Under the pieces are notes generated by a model. That model was not told the DNA's origin. It was given only the letters and a program-made list of their open reading frames with translations, and searched no databases. A DNA stretch of 64,000 nt from Epithemia pelagica (lineage: Eukaryota; Protista; Bacillariophyta). The first letter of the stretch is position 1. Each line of letters opens with the position of its first letter. Both the position numbers and the translations under genes were made by a program. The DNA is taken from the NCBI GenBank assembly GCA_946965045.2, contig OX337242.1, forward strand, positions 1,240,001 to 1,304,000, written 5' to 3'. Shown here in pieces: positions 45,732 to 58,774 of the stretch.

Positions 45732-48569
45732 CAAATGGAAGAAACATTTGCAAATCCTTCCCCAGCTCACTGCCTTGCTTCTCCTCTTGACCGGTGGCTT
45801 GTCAGTGGTTTGTTTAGGATATAACAATGGTTTTCTTATCTTGACAGCAGTTGGACTATCCTCTAGATTTATGTGGTTCACAATCAATGGCATGAATATC
45901 GTTTCACCAGTCCTCTCGTTGTCTCGACTCCTACTGTTTGCTATGATGTCAGATCAACTGCTTGCCCAGTTGTAACTGCAGATACTGGTCTAACTTGAAT
46001 GGTTCTTCCCTCTTTCCCAGTTTTGATCACCCAACCTAAACTCAACCCTTGACACATTCAACGAATCCATTCAACACCTTTCAAAGTCTGAGAGAGAGTA
46101 TCTATCTTGCCGCCCTTTCTTGTTGGGCACCTGGCTTGTCGGCAGTATTGCTCCAACCTCCTCATAATTCTAACTCCATACATGCCTGACAACTACAACT
46201 GCAACTGCAACTCATTGATTAAGTACTGTCCTATTAATCTTCTAGGGTACTTGACAAAAGTCTTTTAGGTCGCTTGGTCACCCGGTGAGCTTCCCCGCCG
46301 GGTCCAAGGCGACCATGGTGAAGCTCTTGATATGTAGGTCTTGGTATGTAGGTTCTTGGTATGTGGGTTCTATTGGTACAGACATGGGGGAATGGGGGAC
46401 ATGTATCAGTGTTTACAAGACAATTGCCGTGGAGTCATTCTCCCGACAAGCCGGGCACCCAACATGAAAGGATGGCCAGACACAGGGAATTATTATTACT
46501 ACCCTCTGCGCCAGGCAACCCTCCTCAAGCAAGAGGACTTGACACGCAATTATTATTACTCCTACTACGTTGACAGTGAGATGGCGATCTACCACACCAG
46601 TTAGGTTTGTCATCATTCATCATGGTTTCAGATTGGTTGGTTGTTTAGGAGTAGGTGGTGGTGGTGGTGCTGATGGTCATTTTTAGGAGTAGGTGGTGGT
46701 GGTGGTGCTGCTGATGGTCATTCTCTTCCTGTTTGCGATGCAGGGATTTGATGTTGGTGTTGTCATCATCATTGGGAGAATTCTATACCCATGCACCATT
46801 TCCCCCCTTTGCAATGAGTTTTGATGATCAATGGTATTGGTGGGATGGAGACTGCAAAATGGTGATGCCATGCCAACGTACAAGCATGTTAAGGATATAG
46901 CACCCAGAACAGTTTTTAATCACAGTTTGTTGGAAAACTGTCTGCGCCTTTGTTGAGAGGAACCATGTACATTGATTCAGTCACATCACCTCGAGGCCGA
47001 CTACGTAGCTGCCTATTCGGGCGAGAGGAAACATTGCTTCAACTAATGCACGTTCGAGCAAGTCCAGGTGGTCGATCAGGACTGAGTGTGTAATCCCATG
47101 TGAACAAATCCTTGTGCAGGAACGTTGTTTGAGGGCAAACTCCAGGTAATGCAGAAACAAATTCCATGTGAAGGTGTAAAGAACATGCCAGCATGGTTAA
47201 GTAGGATGTGGTGAACGGACTTGTGAACCATGTCCAGATGTTGATTGTCATCAATTCAGACCACAGAAAGGAAGGCAGCACCATCACAAGATATTGACCG
47301 AGGCGCAGTAACCTTTCTTTACTGCGAGACGCAACTAAAGGTATAATTCATTCATACTTGTGGGGAAGAGGTACCAAATCTTGCCAACAGATCACTTCCA
47401 GATGGGGCATGGTGAGCCATGGTGACAAAGTTGAAGCACACAACATCAACATAAGCCTTCTGAGTGTGAAGGATGTCAAAACTCCCTGTGTTGCTTCATT
47501 GTCAATGAAGCTAGGTTGCACTGACATCATTCTTTCATCTGCAGCCTCAGAATGACTTGATGTCAGCAGGGTTCATAGGGGAGGTACCAGACTGTGTTGT
47601 AGGGCTAGCCATATTCTGGGCCAACTGGCGAAGAGACATGACCAGCTGCCATCAGGTTGTCACACATCTTGTTTGGCTGATCGATAAGTCTTCAGTATTG
47701 GTATACAAATGCCGTTGGGGTGCCCAGCAAAGTTCACAGAAGTAAAATCGTTGGCGGTAATGGTAAAATGTAGTCCCGCCGCGGCAAGTGCTTCCACCAA
47801 CCTCGTCACAAGCACTCATCGAAGTGTGTTGTCATACATATCAAGCAAGTGAATGACAGGTGGAGCAAAATGCATCGGTTAGTCCAATCTAGGCGGTGAA
47901 AGTGGGGGCCACAGCATATAGAGGCATTAGTTGCGTGTTGGAGAGCCAAGTCGCGATTAATGATGAATGACCTGACATTTTACAAATCTCGTGAATCGGA
48001 AATCAGAGATAATGATTCTGTCATGTAACCAACTCATTTCACAAGTTTGGAAATCAACCCACCGGAGAGGGAGTCCAAATTTAATCATTTTTCACCTTTT
48101 TGAGTCGGATGGTCTTCCAATGCCAGTATTTGGAGTATGAGAGTGACGGGGCAATACAATGGATTTGATATTTCAATCTATCAGCAGCAGCGACAGCATG
48201 TATGTTACTGATCCACGTATTAATGCGCAGTACAGAGTTCATGCTGACGTTGATTTGTCTTCCCACGGACATGCGAGAAGATGAAACTCCTTCGGTTGCA
48301 AACTGGTGGCTCTGAAGATGGAATTCATGTCATTGTCCTGCTTTGTCGTAATATGATTTGTCTACAGTATCAAACTATACTCTGACAAGTGTGAAGCAAC
48401 CCCAAACACCATAATGTTTCACTTGAAAATTTTGATGGTGCTGGTATGACTTTGTGGTCTGGGTTCATGCTCTCAACGTTGTCCCGAGTAAAGCTCAACG
48501 CCATTGATGCATCGTAAGTCGTTGTATCTCAAAGAAGACAGTTTAATCCAAGGTTTGTCTTCAGGGCCA

Positions 48570-51500
48570 TCAACTGCTCGTTTTCGTCCGCATCCTCAAT
48601 ATTCGGAACTGTTTTCCTCCATTTTCTCTCAGCGTTTTAATGACTTTGTCATACTCAATACCTTCGATTGGTTTATTGTCAATGGCCACAATTTCATCCC
48701 CACGTCTTCGAAATGGCTGTGGTTTCATGCACATCACAGCAGATTTTTTGCCATCACTCAAGTGTCTATAACCATTGAAACATGGTACACCATTGATCTC
48801 AGTTATACTGAGACAAAGTCCTTCAGGGGTGACCGGTACCCTGGCAATGTAGAATGTGTATGCCGGGACCTTCATTTTCGATCCATCCGGTGAAAAGGCT
48901 TTAGGTATAGAGATAGGAGGCAGTCGAGATTCATTCGCTTCAGAATCTTTTGAGGACGTGAAGACTTCATTAGGTTTTCCCGGCAGTGCAGCCTTCGATG
49001 AATGATGGTGAGGGAGATCTACCTCGCTTGTCCTGGGATTCCGCGAAGACTCCCTTTCCTGTACGATGTGATTCTGAACAGGTGGACCATATCCCCAAAC
49101 AGGTTGAACATATGGTGACGAATTCATCATGCTTCCATGAACTGACCATGTTCCATTATGCTGCTGGAAGCTAGGGAAAGGTGGTGGATGAACATAGGAG
49201 GGAGTCGTGGTCTGGTGTTGACTCAAAGGCCGCAGTCCAGCTGGTGCAGCATACCTTGTCGGCCAATGAGGCGGTGCCAAATGTGTTGTCTGTTGAATAT
49301 GTGGCCCAGCAAACTTTGTCTGTGGATTGTGATCTATTTCATAGGTAACTACCAACGTAAGAAAACAAATTGTGGATGTATCAAATTGTACAAAACAACA
49401 TACCTTGCATTGTGTTTCTAATCGCTCCGACCGCGTGCAAGAGTGACTTATCCCCATTCCCTTCAGGGCCCCTTGAACCGATGCCAATCCCAGCAGCATT
49501 TGGAAACATGGCTTGGACGCCTGAACCATTGGTGGGTTGAAAAGAAGCATTGGTGCCTCGATGCACATATTTCGTTGCTTCGACGACGTTCAGCGGTGCA
49601 ACAGCAGTTCCAGAAACACACGCATAATCAATAGTTGATGTTGGCAACGCTTTGTTTTCCATTGGATGTGTGGCAGGTGTTTCTTGAAGGGTGCGGTTTT
49701 TCAATCCTATCGCCTCCTGTGGTTGAAGAGATCCATTGGACGTGTCAACCAAGCTTGCCTTGCCGAGAATTCTTGGTGGAAAAGCAGTTGCGTCGTGAGA
49801 GGTTCCTTTTAAAGTCGTTAACCGTGAAGTTGAAGTTGGGTTTCTTGAAGCAGCGGTGGGAGGGTTTTGACGCACAGCCTGTGCTCGGCTGGTGAGAGGT
49901 ACCGCGGCGTTTCGATGCGATTGATTGCCAAAGGTCACGACTGACCCTTCGTCAACACCACCTGGGAAACATGTAATTTGGGGAATTTTTGCATGTATGG
50001 CATTGACTTGTTCTCTTGTTCCTTGCAATGTCGTTGAACTTTGTCCATTCCCAGCTCCTCCAGCAGGATCATGGTGTACCATGTCAAAGACAATTGACGG
50101 CTTTTCTTTTGCTGCCCGAACAATTGGTTCCACTTCATTCCATGGGAGCCCATGAACCGATGTACCATTGATTGCTCGAATCCAATCCCCTTCCGCCCGG
50201 AAAAGTTTGTTCTTTTCAGCATACCCCATTTCCCCATCGTTTGATCGCTTATACCCAAGAAAGACGGTTGTGTTCAACGTGTTATCGTAACCAATCTGAA
50301 CCAACATCGGCAATGCAGGGTCAGCGTCTATCTTAACAACATAATTCTCTTCCCCGAGGTGTTTGTGGTCATTTTCTCTGACCGATTGTCTTGAGTCATC
50401 GCTTTTTTGCCTTGGGTCTGTATTCCAGTTCTGTTTTGCCTTGTCGTTCCGCGATTCACTGGTCTTCATAATGGGACTGTGACCACTCTTTCTGCCAGAG
50501 GAGACTATATTCAAGTTCCTTTTCACCGTGTCGTTCGGTGATTGACTTGACTTTGACATGCTCTTGTTGCCATTCCTTCTGTCTAATAGCCGGGGCGATT
50601 CTCTATCCACATTCCTTTTCATTGCGTCATTCTGTGTTTCGTTGGACTTAGAAAAATTTGAAGAGACAGATCCGGTAGACTTCACTCTCGAAGCAGATCT
50701 GTTGACCCTCGCCGGAGATCGAACAATGCAATTGCGACAAAACCATGAACCCTCTGGAACCTCCGTCAAGGGTGGATCCAGGCATTCGAGGTGGTAAGCT
50801 TTATGACAGAGGTCGCAAACAATCAGCGTACCGCCATCCTCACATATTTCGCAGTAATCATTCGATGGAAAATCTTTGCGCGATGCTTTCACCTTACCGT
50901 AATCTCTTCGATTCGAGCTCTTCCATCTGTAGTATTGGACCATCACTGTGTCCATACTGTAGCCTGTCATTTTCGCAACCGCAGGAAAATCCTTCCGGAC
51001 GTTGGTTTTGAAGATTTTCTCCAACCTAGATCTATCCTCATCGGTTAAATCTGTATATGGATCAACTGTGGACTTCCTCCGAGCCGCCTGGACCACTTGT
51101 ACAAACCGCCTCTGCGCTTTTGCCGTATCATAGTTGACCTCATGGAGGGCCTGCATCACCAATGATTTGACAGGAAACGGTAAATGCGAATTGTTTGTCA
51201 TGAATTTGTCAATATCTTGACCTGATAATCTTGCCTTCTTTGCCATTTCCGGATCCCACAACACATCCCCACCAACATGGTTCTCAAGGTTTTCCTCACT
51301 CCCACAAGGTGGAATGGATGATACTTGATACGTTGGACCGATTCGGCTGCTCTTAGCTTGCTCCGAAGCCTTGGAAGAGATTCGGCTGCTCTTAGCTTGT
51401 TCCGAAGCTTCGGAAGAGACTTCACAATCTTCGCTGTTGTCGTCGGACTTGCCTCGACGGGCTCTTGTTCGCGATGATCGTCTCACGTCCGAAATCTCTA

Positions 51501-51786
51501 TCCCACGAGGATCAGTAGACAACACCGCCAAACCGTCAGAGCGTGCAATCTCAACTTCCAGGATCACAGGTGAAGCAGACGACAATGTCGGGTGCTCTAT
51601 TTTGGCTCTTTTTCGAGTTGGCCACTGAGTTCCCGCATTCTTTGGTATGAGGCCGAAGCTCACACTTTCATGAGAGGGCTTCATGTCATTATTGCTATCT
51701 CCCACGCGAGGTCTTGCAGAAATGCCTAATACCAAGCCTGAATCTGTTTTCGTGGTATTGTAGCATTCGTTGGGCGTTGTCATCAT
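48570..51786 (-). CDS. ELM2-SANT-PHD-PDZ-PDZ-like chromatin protein, full-length copy B, spliced
   Basis: 801-aa ORF with ELM2, SANT, PHD (CEIC...CDLC...YHLECL...WFCRNC) and PDZ-like GDWIRAINGTSV; in-frame intron ~49334-49403 joins it to the second PDZ-like ORF. Confidence 0.82.
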
Positions 51787-53616
51787 GTTGTGTGTTTTGT
51801 GGTTGGCTTTCTCGCGGCCCCCAAAGCCCCACCTCGGGTTCTGCTCGAGGTGAAGTTCACCTCGAGCGATGGACTCAATGTCTGATGGAGATTATGATTG
51901 GTTTAGATTCCAACTGAGACAAAGTACAATTAACGAAAATAGTCTACAACATGTCTGATTCCCCTCGCATAACACACTACCCACACAATCTGATTCTTGA
52001 GGAATTCTATTGAAATGATTAGTCTCCAAATGATTGGAGACTTGAGGTAACCCTTGTTTCTTTACAAGCAATGCTGTTCCTATAATTGACTACCACAAGC
52101 TCCGACCTCCTTAGCCCTGACATTGTTCACACGACTTGCTTCAATGATTTTCTCAGAATGAACCCAAAAACACCACTGCCCAAGCAGGTGTATTTCTACT
52201 TCTATACCTCATCTTCCTTGGCAGGATGTAGGTTGATAAACCTCGAAAAATGCGTCATTAGTAAATTTTCTGGGGACTGTTCACTTGTTCGTCATTTTTA
52301 GCTTTGAGCCCGTCAGGCTCCTCACTACACAGGGAGAACTTAGACAACACATAGGCCTTCTAGCCAGGTTGAGCTTGTCAGTACTTTGGACTTCTCGCTG
52401 GGCAAACAGCTTCTCCTTGTGAACCCTGTAAGGTCTGCCTCGACAAACTTACTAACGTGGTCCACTTCTTGTCGCTATTGCCCTTCTCGTCATCCAAAGT
52501 AATCCTTGTCGCACCCCTCCATGTCAACACTTCTATTAGTAAAAGTCTTCTTAGTAGATCTCCTGAAGTAAAATTTCCTGTGATGTTTTTTTGCATCACT
52601 TTTATTTGGTGGGGGGCTTGCTGGTCTCCTACAGAGGAAGCTAACAACCGTTACTGTGCATAGGCCTTCTCGTAAGGGCATGCCGATTGGTTCTTACGGA
52701 CTCTTGTCAGGAAATATGAATAGCTTCTCATCGTGGACTGCATAAGGTCCACCCTGGCAGACTTTCTTGAGTGGTCCACGTCTCATTGTTGTTGCTGTTC
52801 TTGTTGCATGAGTCCTCTTTGTGGCTCCCGTCCTGGATGATATGGGCTCTCCTGTGCCAAACACTAGCATTGTGTCTTTACCATTGTCAATTCTGTTGCA
52901 TTGTAGTCGGAACAGTGTCTTTACCATTGTCAATTCTGTTGCACTGTACGCGACATTCAAGTTCCCATGAGAAGGTGCATTCTTATGTTGATGGAGAAAA
53001 TGCTGATTCAGCATTTCAATGTGCAGCATAGTTGTGATATAAATGTTGTTTTGATAGTGGCATCATATGTACTGAAGGAGTCAAGTGTTGACAATTTGGC
53101 ACCGGTGGATCTCCATGCTGGCTTTCTAGCATTTGTACAGAATAGTTACCATTGAGCAAGTACCACACCACTAGTGCAAAATAAGGGAGTGGTTGACATT
53201 TCACTTCAGATCTGTCCACACACATCAGATAACAGGAGGAGAGCACGGGAGCACAATGGGAGCAAAGTTGTGTTGATTGGGAGCTAGGGGGGAGCAGAAG
53301 GGGAGCAAGATTGCAATGTTTCTTCTGATGGAATTACAGTTTTTGTATTTGGAGGGAATTTGCCTGAGCAAAATAGTTGCTTCACAGTAAGCCAAAGAGA
53401 GAAAAATTTTTTGTTGAGTGGGGCGAGATTCCATCACGCCGGGCGGTTCTCAAGATCCTGTGGAGTGCGCGACTTTTCGCGTGTCCAGCGACTCGAGTTT
53501 TCGTGCGAACCTTTCGTCTCCCACTCCCACCAACACTACATGTTCTATTTTTTCTATTGCCACAATTTTTTTTCAAAGAGGCAAAACAAAGTTGATAGGA
53601 GTATCTTCTTTGTGCC

Positions 53617-55362
53617 TTGTTGTTTAAAGGAATGAGCGGACCTCTCGCATCACAAGATAACCAAAAGACACGCAAACGTGAGTATCTGTTCGACGACGTT
53701 ACAGCGGCTCCATCTGCGACACTGACGAAGAGAGCAGTAAATCCAGTCTATGAGAATGTAGCATACGGTTTAATGCCAAAGAATGCCGACACCGAAACTC
53801 AGTGGCCTACTCGTAAAAGGGCCAAAGTCACCACCGTTCAATCGTCTTCTTCGCCACCGTTGATCATGGATGTTGAAAGTGCGCAAGATGACATTTTGCA
53901 CACTTCAGAAACTCCGTCAAGTGACACGGAAACTTCAAAGAGCAGACGATCCGGGCAGCAAAGTCGATCCAGTAGAGGCTTACCAGTGAGCTCCGGAAAC
54001 AGAAATAGTTTGGATCACAATGATCCAACTGTTGAGACTTCTTGTGTAGCGGCGAAGCCTGCAAGTTCTCTACTTTTCCCAATAAGTAGTAGCAGAGTTG
54101 GTCCCGAGTACCAAGTAGTGGACCTTCCAACGTGTGGAACTCCCGAAGACTCTACAGAAGACGATGTTGGTGGCCAAATTCTGTGGGACCCTGAAGCTGC
54201 AAAGAGGGCAAGATTATCGGGTCATGAAATTGATAAATTCATGGAGCAACATCAAACTTTATCGCTTCCTATCAAGACACTTCTCCTGCAAGCGCTCCAT
54301 GAAGTGAACTACGATACGGCTAAAGCTACAACACGATTTGTCAAGCTCGTACAAGAAAGTCGAGCCAAGTCCAGCGTCGATCGATTTACACCTTTGACCA
54401 AGACTGAGAAGTTTCGGTTAGACAAAATCTTTAGCCATCAAATCAAAAAGGATTTTGTTGCTGTTGCCAAGTCCATGGGGTTGAGTACGGACACTGTGAT
54501 GATTGAGTACTACAATTGGAAAAGTTCCAAGCGCAAAGAGTACAAAAAAGTGAAGAAACTACGACACGAATCGTCCTTGAATGATTACTGCGACGTATGT
54601 AAGGACGGCGGCACGCTGATAGAGTGCTCGCACTGTCCAAAATCTTTTCACCTGAAATGCTTGGATCCTCCGTTGAAGGAGGTTCCAGAGGGAGCCTGGT
54701 TTTGTCCAACTTGCAGGGCTACCGAGGATACTTCGTCCTCATGTGATCCTGTCACAACTTCTGCTCAAGACCCTTCATCCGCTGATGATTCATCGACCAA
54801 TATCGAAGAAAGCACCTACTCCGAGGATGCGGTAAGCGTCGATTCGTGGGCTCTTGAAGACACTCCATCAACCGCAAATGACGCTATTACAGAGCAGAAC
54901 ACGAATGGCTCGATAGATCGTGCAGATCGAAAACAAACTACACCCCCACTGGTGGACATGGCAATTGTGCGCCAGAGTTCAGGAGAAGGTAGCGTAGAGA
55001 TTGGCCAAGATACAAGCCAATCAAAGCCTCCAACGGATACCTTTCCTTCTGTTTCTCTCGGGACATCAGCCTTTGTCGAACCAGTGGATCGATCAATTTC
55101 GGTAGACGAGACGTCTACTCAAAGAGACCAAACTGGAACACAGACAGATACTGCATGTCGGACCATGGCCATGGTGGCTCAAACAGAAATGGACAAGTTC
55201 CATTGTTCCAAACAGTTTCTGTCGGAAAGACACAGCGTTGTAAATGATGCGACAACGGTCATTGAAAGTGCTCCATTTTACCGGGAATGGCGTGAAGGGA
55301 CTTTGAACAGATGTTTATCCATCACGGCCAACGGCTGTTTGCCCAACCAAACAAAGTCGTAG
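53617..55362 (+). CDS. ELM2-SANT-PHD finger protein, copy B
   Basis: 581 aa; a few substitutions relative to copy A. Confidence 0.88.
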   Translation: MLFKGMSGPLASQDNQKTRKREYLFDDVTAAPSATLTKRAVNPVYENVAYGLMPKNADTETQWPTRKRAKVTTVQSSSSPPLIMDVESAQDDILHTSETPSSDTETSKSRRSGQQSRSSRGLPVSSGNRNSLDHNDPTVETSCVAAKPASSLLFPISSSRVGPEYQVVDLPTCGTPEDSTEDDVGGQILWDPEAAKRARLSGHEIDKFMEQHQTLSLPIKTLLLQALHEVNYDTAKATTRFVKLVQESRAKSSVDRFTPLTKTEKFRLDKIFSHQIKKDFVAVAKSMGLSTDTVMIEYYNWKSSKRKEYKKVKKLRHESSLNDYCDVCKDGGTLIECSHCPKSFHLKCLDPPLKEVPEGAWFCPTCRATEDTSSSCDPVTTSAQDPSSADDSSTNIEESTYSEDAVSVDSWALEDTPSTANDAITEQNTNGSIDRADRKQTTPPLVDMAIVRQSSGEGSVEIGQDTSQSKPPTDTFPSVSLGTSAFVEPVDRSISVDETSTQRDQTGTQTDTACRTMAMVAQTEMDKFHCSKQFLSERHSVVNDATTVIESAPFYREWREGTLNRCLSITANGCLPNQTKS

Positions 55363-57314
55363 TGGAGGGATATGAAAGGAAAGAGTCGTATCTTTCTTCT
55401 CTTACTCCTCCTTTTTGGCTTCTGATGCAAACTATGGTATCGGCTATGGATTGTCGTCTCATTAATCAGGGCCCACTTTCAACGGTTGCTCATAATCGTT
55501 GCTCAAGGCAGTTTTTCAACCTAGTAAAGGCGAAAGGCCCGTTTTCGTAATCATGGTCCACTTTCAAAGGTCGCTCTCAAGGCAGTTTCCAACTTGGCAC
55601 GAAGAAAGTTTTTATCCTCGTCTTGTAATCAGGACCCACTTTCAATGGTCTTTCATCATCATTGCTTACAGAGACTTCCAGCTTTACGGCCGCTCGTCGA
55701 TTTTCCGGCACTTTCATCTTGTTACCAGTTATGTTCTTCTTGTCTTTATTATCAGGACCGACTTTCAACGGCTGTCCATCGTTGGAACTTTTACCCTGGC
55801 ACCAGTGACGCTGTCATTGCCTTGGTTCTCTAGCCCCACTTTCAACGGCCGCTCATGATCGTTGCTAACAGAAAGTTGGAGCCTTTCACCAGGGATTAGC
55901 TTGTGTTCTTGGTTATGAAGTGCTATCTGGTTCAACTGCGTGAACCAGAACAATGGTAGGGTGACCTTCTATGGGGCTTTCACAGTCCATACGAGAAAGT
56001 CGTCGCTCTATTGTGGTTTTCGTAGGAATTGGATACTATTTTAAGTCGGACCGGCATCTCCTTCCGCAAATGAAGAAATTTTTGGAGGTTTCAAGTTGGA
56101 GGACCAACGAGGAGCCGTTTTTTGAATCGTTCGAGGACTTCGAACTTTGTCATGCCATGAATGAATCCTTCCAGAAACTGACGGAGAGGGAATGAGCGGT
56201 TTCTTTCTAATAAAAAAAGATGGGCGATCGTTCCACATCTCTTTGGCTGTCGACACCTGTATTTTCTACGATAATGTCATGGCGGTCGTTCGCTGCACCG
56301 CCCGGGGACCATCCGACTTTGACTTCGCTAGCGACCTTATCTGCATTTGTTTCACGATGATGTTTTCGGGTCGATTTTCCGTGACTTTTTTCCATGTTAT
56401 CTTCATGGAGCCACACGATGACTCCATCTTTCTCGTCTACTATCCAGGACGGTTTGACGCTGTCCGCATTCATGAAAGACTCCTTGGAACTTGGTTCCTC
56501 ACCATTGGATGCATCCGCACTGTCTGGAATGGTACCATGGGTAGAAGTTGCCTCTGGTTCTTCTAGAACAGGGTAAAGGAGATTTTCTGTCGAGAAATCC
56601 TCATCAGAACTCTCACTTGTCGTGGTCATTTCTTCATGTACCCACAAATCGTCATACTGGCCGTTTAATTCGGTCGGCGGTGACGGATTCTTTTGCCCTC
56701 TACGTTAGGAGATGCTCTACTCCTCCGGATGGAAACTCGTTCTCCGTCTCTGGATGGGAATCCTGTGATCTACCCGACCGAAATTCCTTCTCCAGCTCTG
56801 ATGGGAAGTAAAGGCCCGCAGGGCCGCCCATTGACGGGGTATTGATCTTGTCGTCTCGGCTTGTCTGTCGTTGCCCTTCGTTTTTTCGAAGAGCTGCCCA
56901 TTGTTTGAATGGGCGAGTCAAGACTGTTTCGGCAGTCTTGGCGCTAGTCGCCGACACTCAATTGTCCGGCGGTTGGTCGATCCCCGGGTAGCCCTCTAAG
57001 AATGAGATGCATTCGAAACCCATTCGCTGATCTCTGAACGATACGATTCGATCGAGCCAAAGTCGTTTGTGATTTCTACAAAAAATGTGGGAAATCTTGG
57101 CTTGTCCATTTTTTACTCTTGAAAAAGACAAGTGTGTCTGGAACTGTGGTATGAATAGTACCCGGCAGCCGTTTCGGGGGATTGAGAGCGCCGGGGGACC
57201 TCCTACTCGGCCATCATTCTTGTGGTGATGCGTTGAGCCGAAAAAAAAACCGCTGGAAAGGGGCTCTCTCTCCGGACTCCGGATCTCCATCGCCCTCCAT
57301 GATCGGAAGACCTC

Positions 57315-57812
57315 TTGCATGCTTCTCGCGTCCTTCCAATGACGAAAGTTTCACAGTCGAAACAATACCGAGGGCTTTTCCGGAACTCCATCGTCGAAAA
57401 GGCGTTGGTCGGAATACTGATAATCCCATGGTTGTTCTTTTTATGGGTGAGCCACAACCATCCGAGCAGTAGCACCATAAATCGTCGAACCAGCAGCAAC
57501 AGCATTCGACGGGTCCAAGATATTCACTCAATTGTCGATGGGAGCAACGTGCAAGTGAAACAAGTGTCCAATCCAGTACTGGCCGAAGAAGCCTTTGTGC
57601 AAAGTTTTGCGGATCCCGAACACGAAGATGGCTTTGCCGAAAGTGATTTTGAACTATCCGAAAGTGGAGACGAACTGGACGAGGAACTCAATGAAGAAGA
57701 CGATGATGATCTATATGCAGATACAGAGATTCTAGAGGAGGAGGAAGAAGAAGAAGAAGACCATTCCGGTGACAATACCGATGGAGAAGAGGTTGTGAAA
57801 AGCATACAATGA
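57315..57812 (+). CDS. Small type-II-membrane-like acidic protein, copy B
   Basis: Near-identical to 8372-8869. Confidence 0.5.
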   Translation: MHASRVLPMTKVSQSKQYRGLFRNSIVEKALVGILIIPWLFFLWVSHNHPSSSTINRRTSSNSIRRVQDIHSIVDGSNVQVKQVSNPVLAEEAFVQSFADPEHEDGFAESDFELSESGDELDEELNEEDDDDLYADTEILEEEEEEEEDHSGDNTDGEEVVKSIQ

Positions 57813-58774
57813 AAGCTGCCACTGTTGGCTTGATAGGAACGGAGGAATAAAGAACAGCCTTCTGTTGTGTCATATCTAGCATTGCATCGTATACATGAAA
57901 CGAAAAATAGTAGTCTTCTGATTTGGTGTCAGACCATTCCATTCAACGACAAAAGATCGCAACCGTCATCCATTATGATAATTTGGTAGGGGAACAACAT
58001 ACAGGAGAGCGTGTTCTACCTTTGTGCCTCTGTGTTGTTCCGTGACTCGGCATTGTTGTCACTTCGTAATTCGATCAAGAACTACGCGCATTCAGTAACA
58101 GGGAACATGCACAAGGTCGCACAAACACACACGTTCACACATATTGGAATGCGTACTACCTAATTTAAACTGGACAAGTCAAAACATTGTATCAACCTGC
58201 GTAGGACAAATCGACACAATGCATCACCTTGTTGGTTTAGTTTTGTTGCCTAAGAGGAGTAACAAGTAACAGATATTCCTCGAAACATCCCATAGTCATA
58301 GAGTCTATCGCAAATTTTCGACAGACCAAAGCAGATGGTCCCTCCTTTCGCGGGTTCGCTTTGTCTTGTGGCACATATATCCGGAGCGTCTGTGCAGCAT
58401 TATTTCAAAAAAGGAATTAAAACATAAAATTATATGTAGCGCTGGGGAGTGCCGAATCTTGAGCTTCCGGAAAAAGATACCAGGGAAGAAACGCCCATGT
58501 TGTTGAGAGTTTCTGTGACGGGTAGGCCAAAGAAGAAGAACGAGCACAATCTGTTTCCTCATTCGTGTGTTGTCGTCACTTTGGAGAAGGATCGATCAAG
58601 AGAAGAAGGGTATCTTCTGTTTCATCCACAACTGGATGCTTCTCGTCCAGATTTCAATTCCATTCTGTGAATAGAAGAAGAAGAAGAAACGAGTGCAATC
58701 ACTTACTAAATCATTCTCGGGAAAACAGGCGAGACACAACATCAATAAAGAAGAAGAACACAAAACAGACAATC

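Noticed and set aside
46268-46314. GC-rich hairpin as a Helitron 3' end
   Set aside because: The nearest CTAG is ~23 nt away on the minus strand; no 5' TC boundary, Rep/helicase remnant or second copy is visible.
45740-48300. Protein-like fragments (e.g. RLVEALAAAGLHFTITANDF) and small tandem repeats at 46644-46722
   Set aside because: Riddled with stops and no recognisable family; cannot be assigned without a search.
49973-51064. The 1092-bp segment missing in copy A as a lost intron or TE
   Set aside because: It lacks GT-AG ends, TIRs and a TSD, and it encodes SANT/PHD domains shared with the paralogue, so it is a deletion in A.
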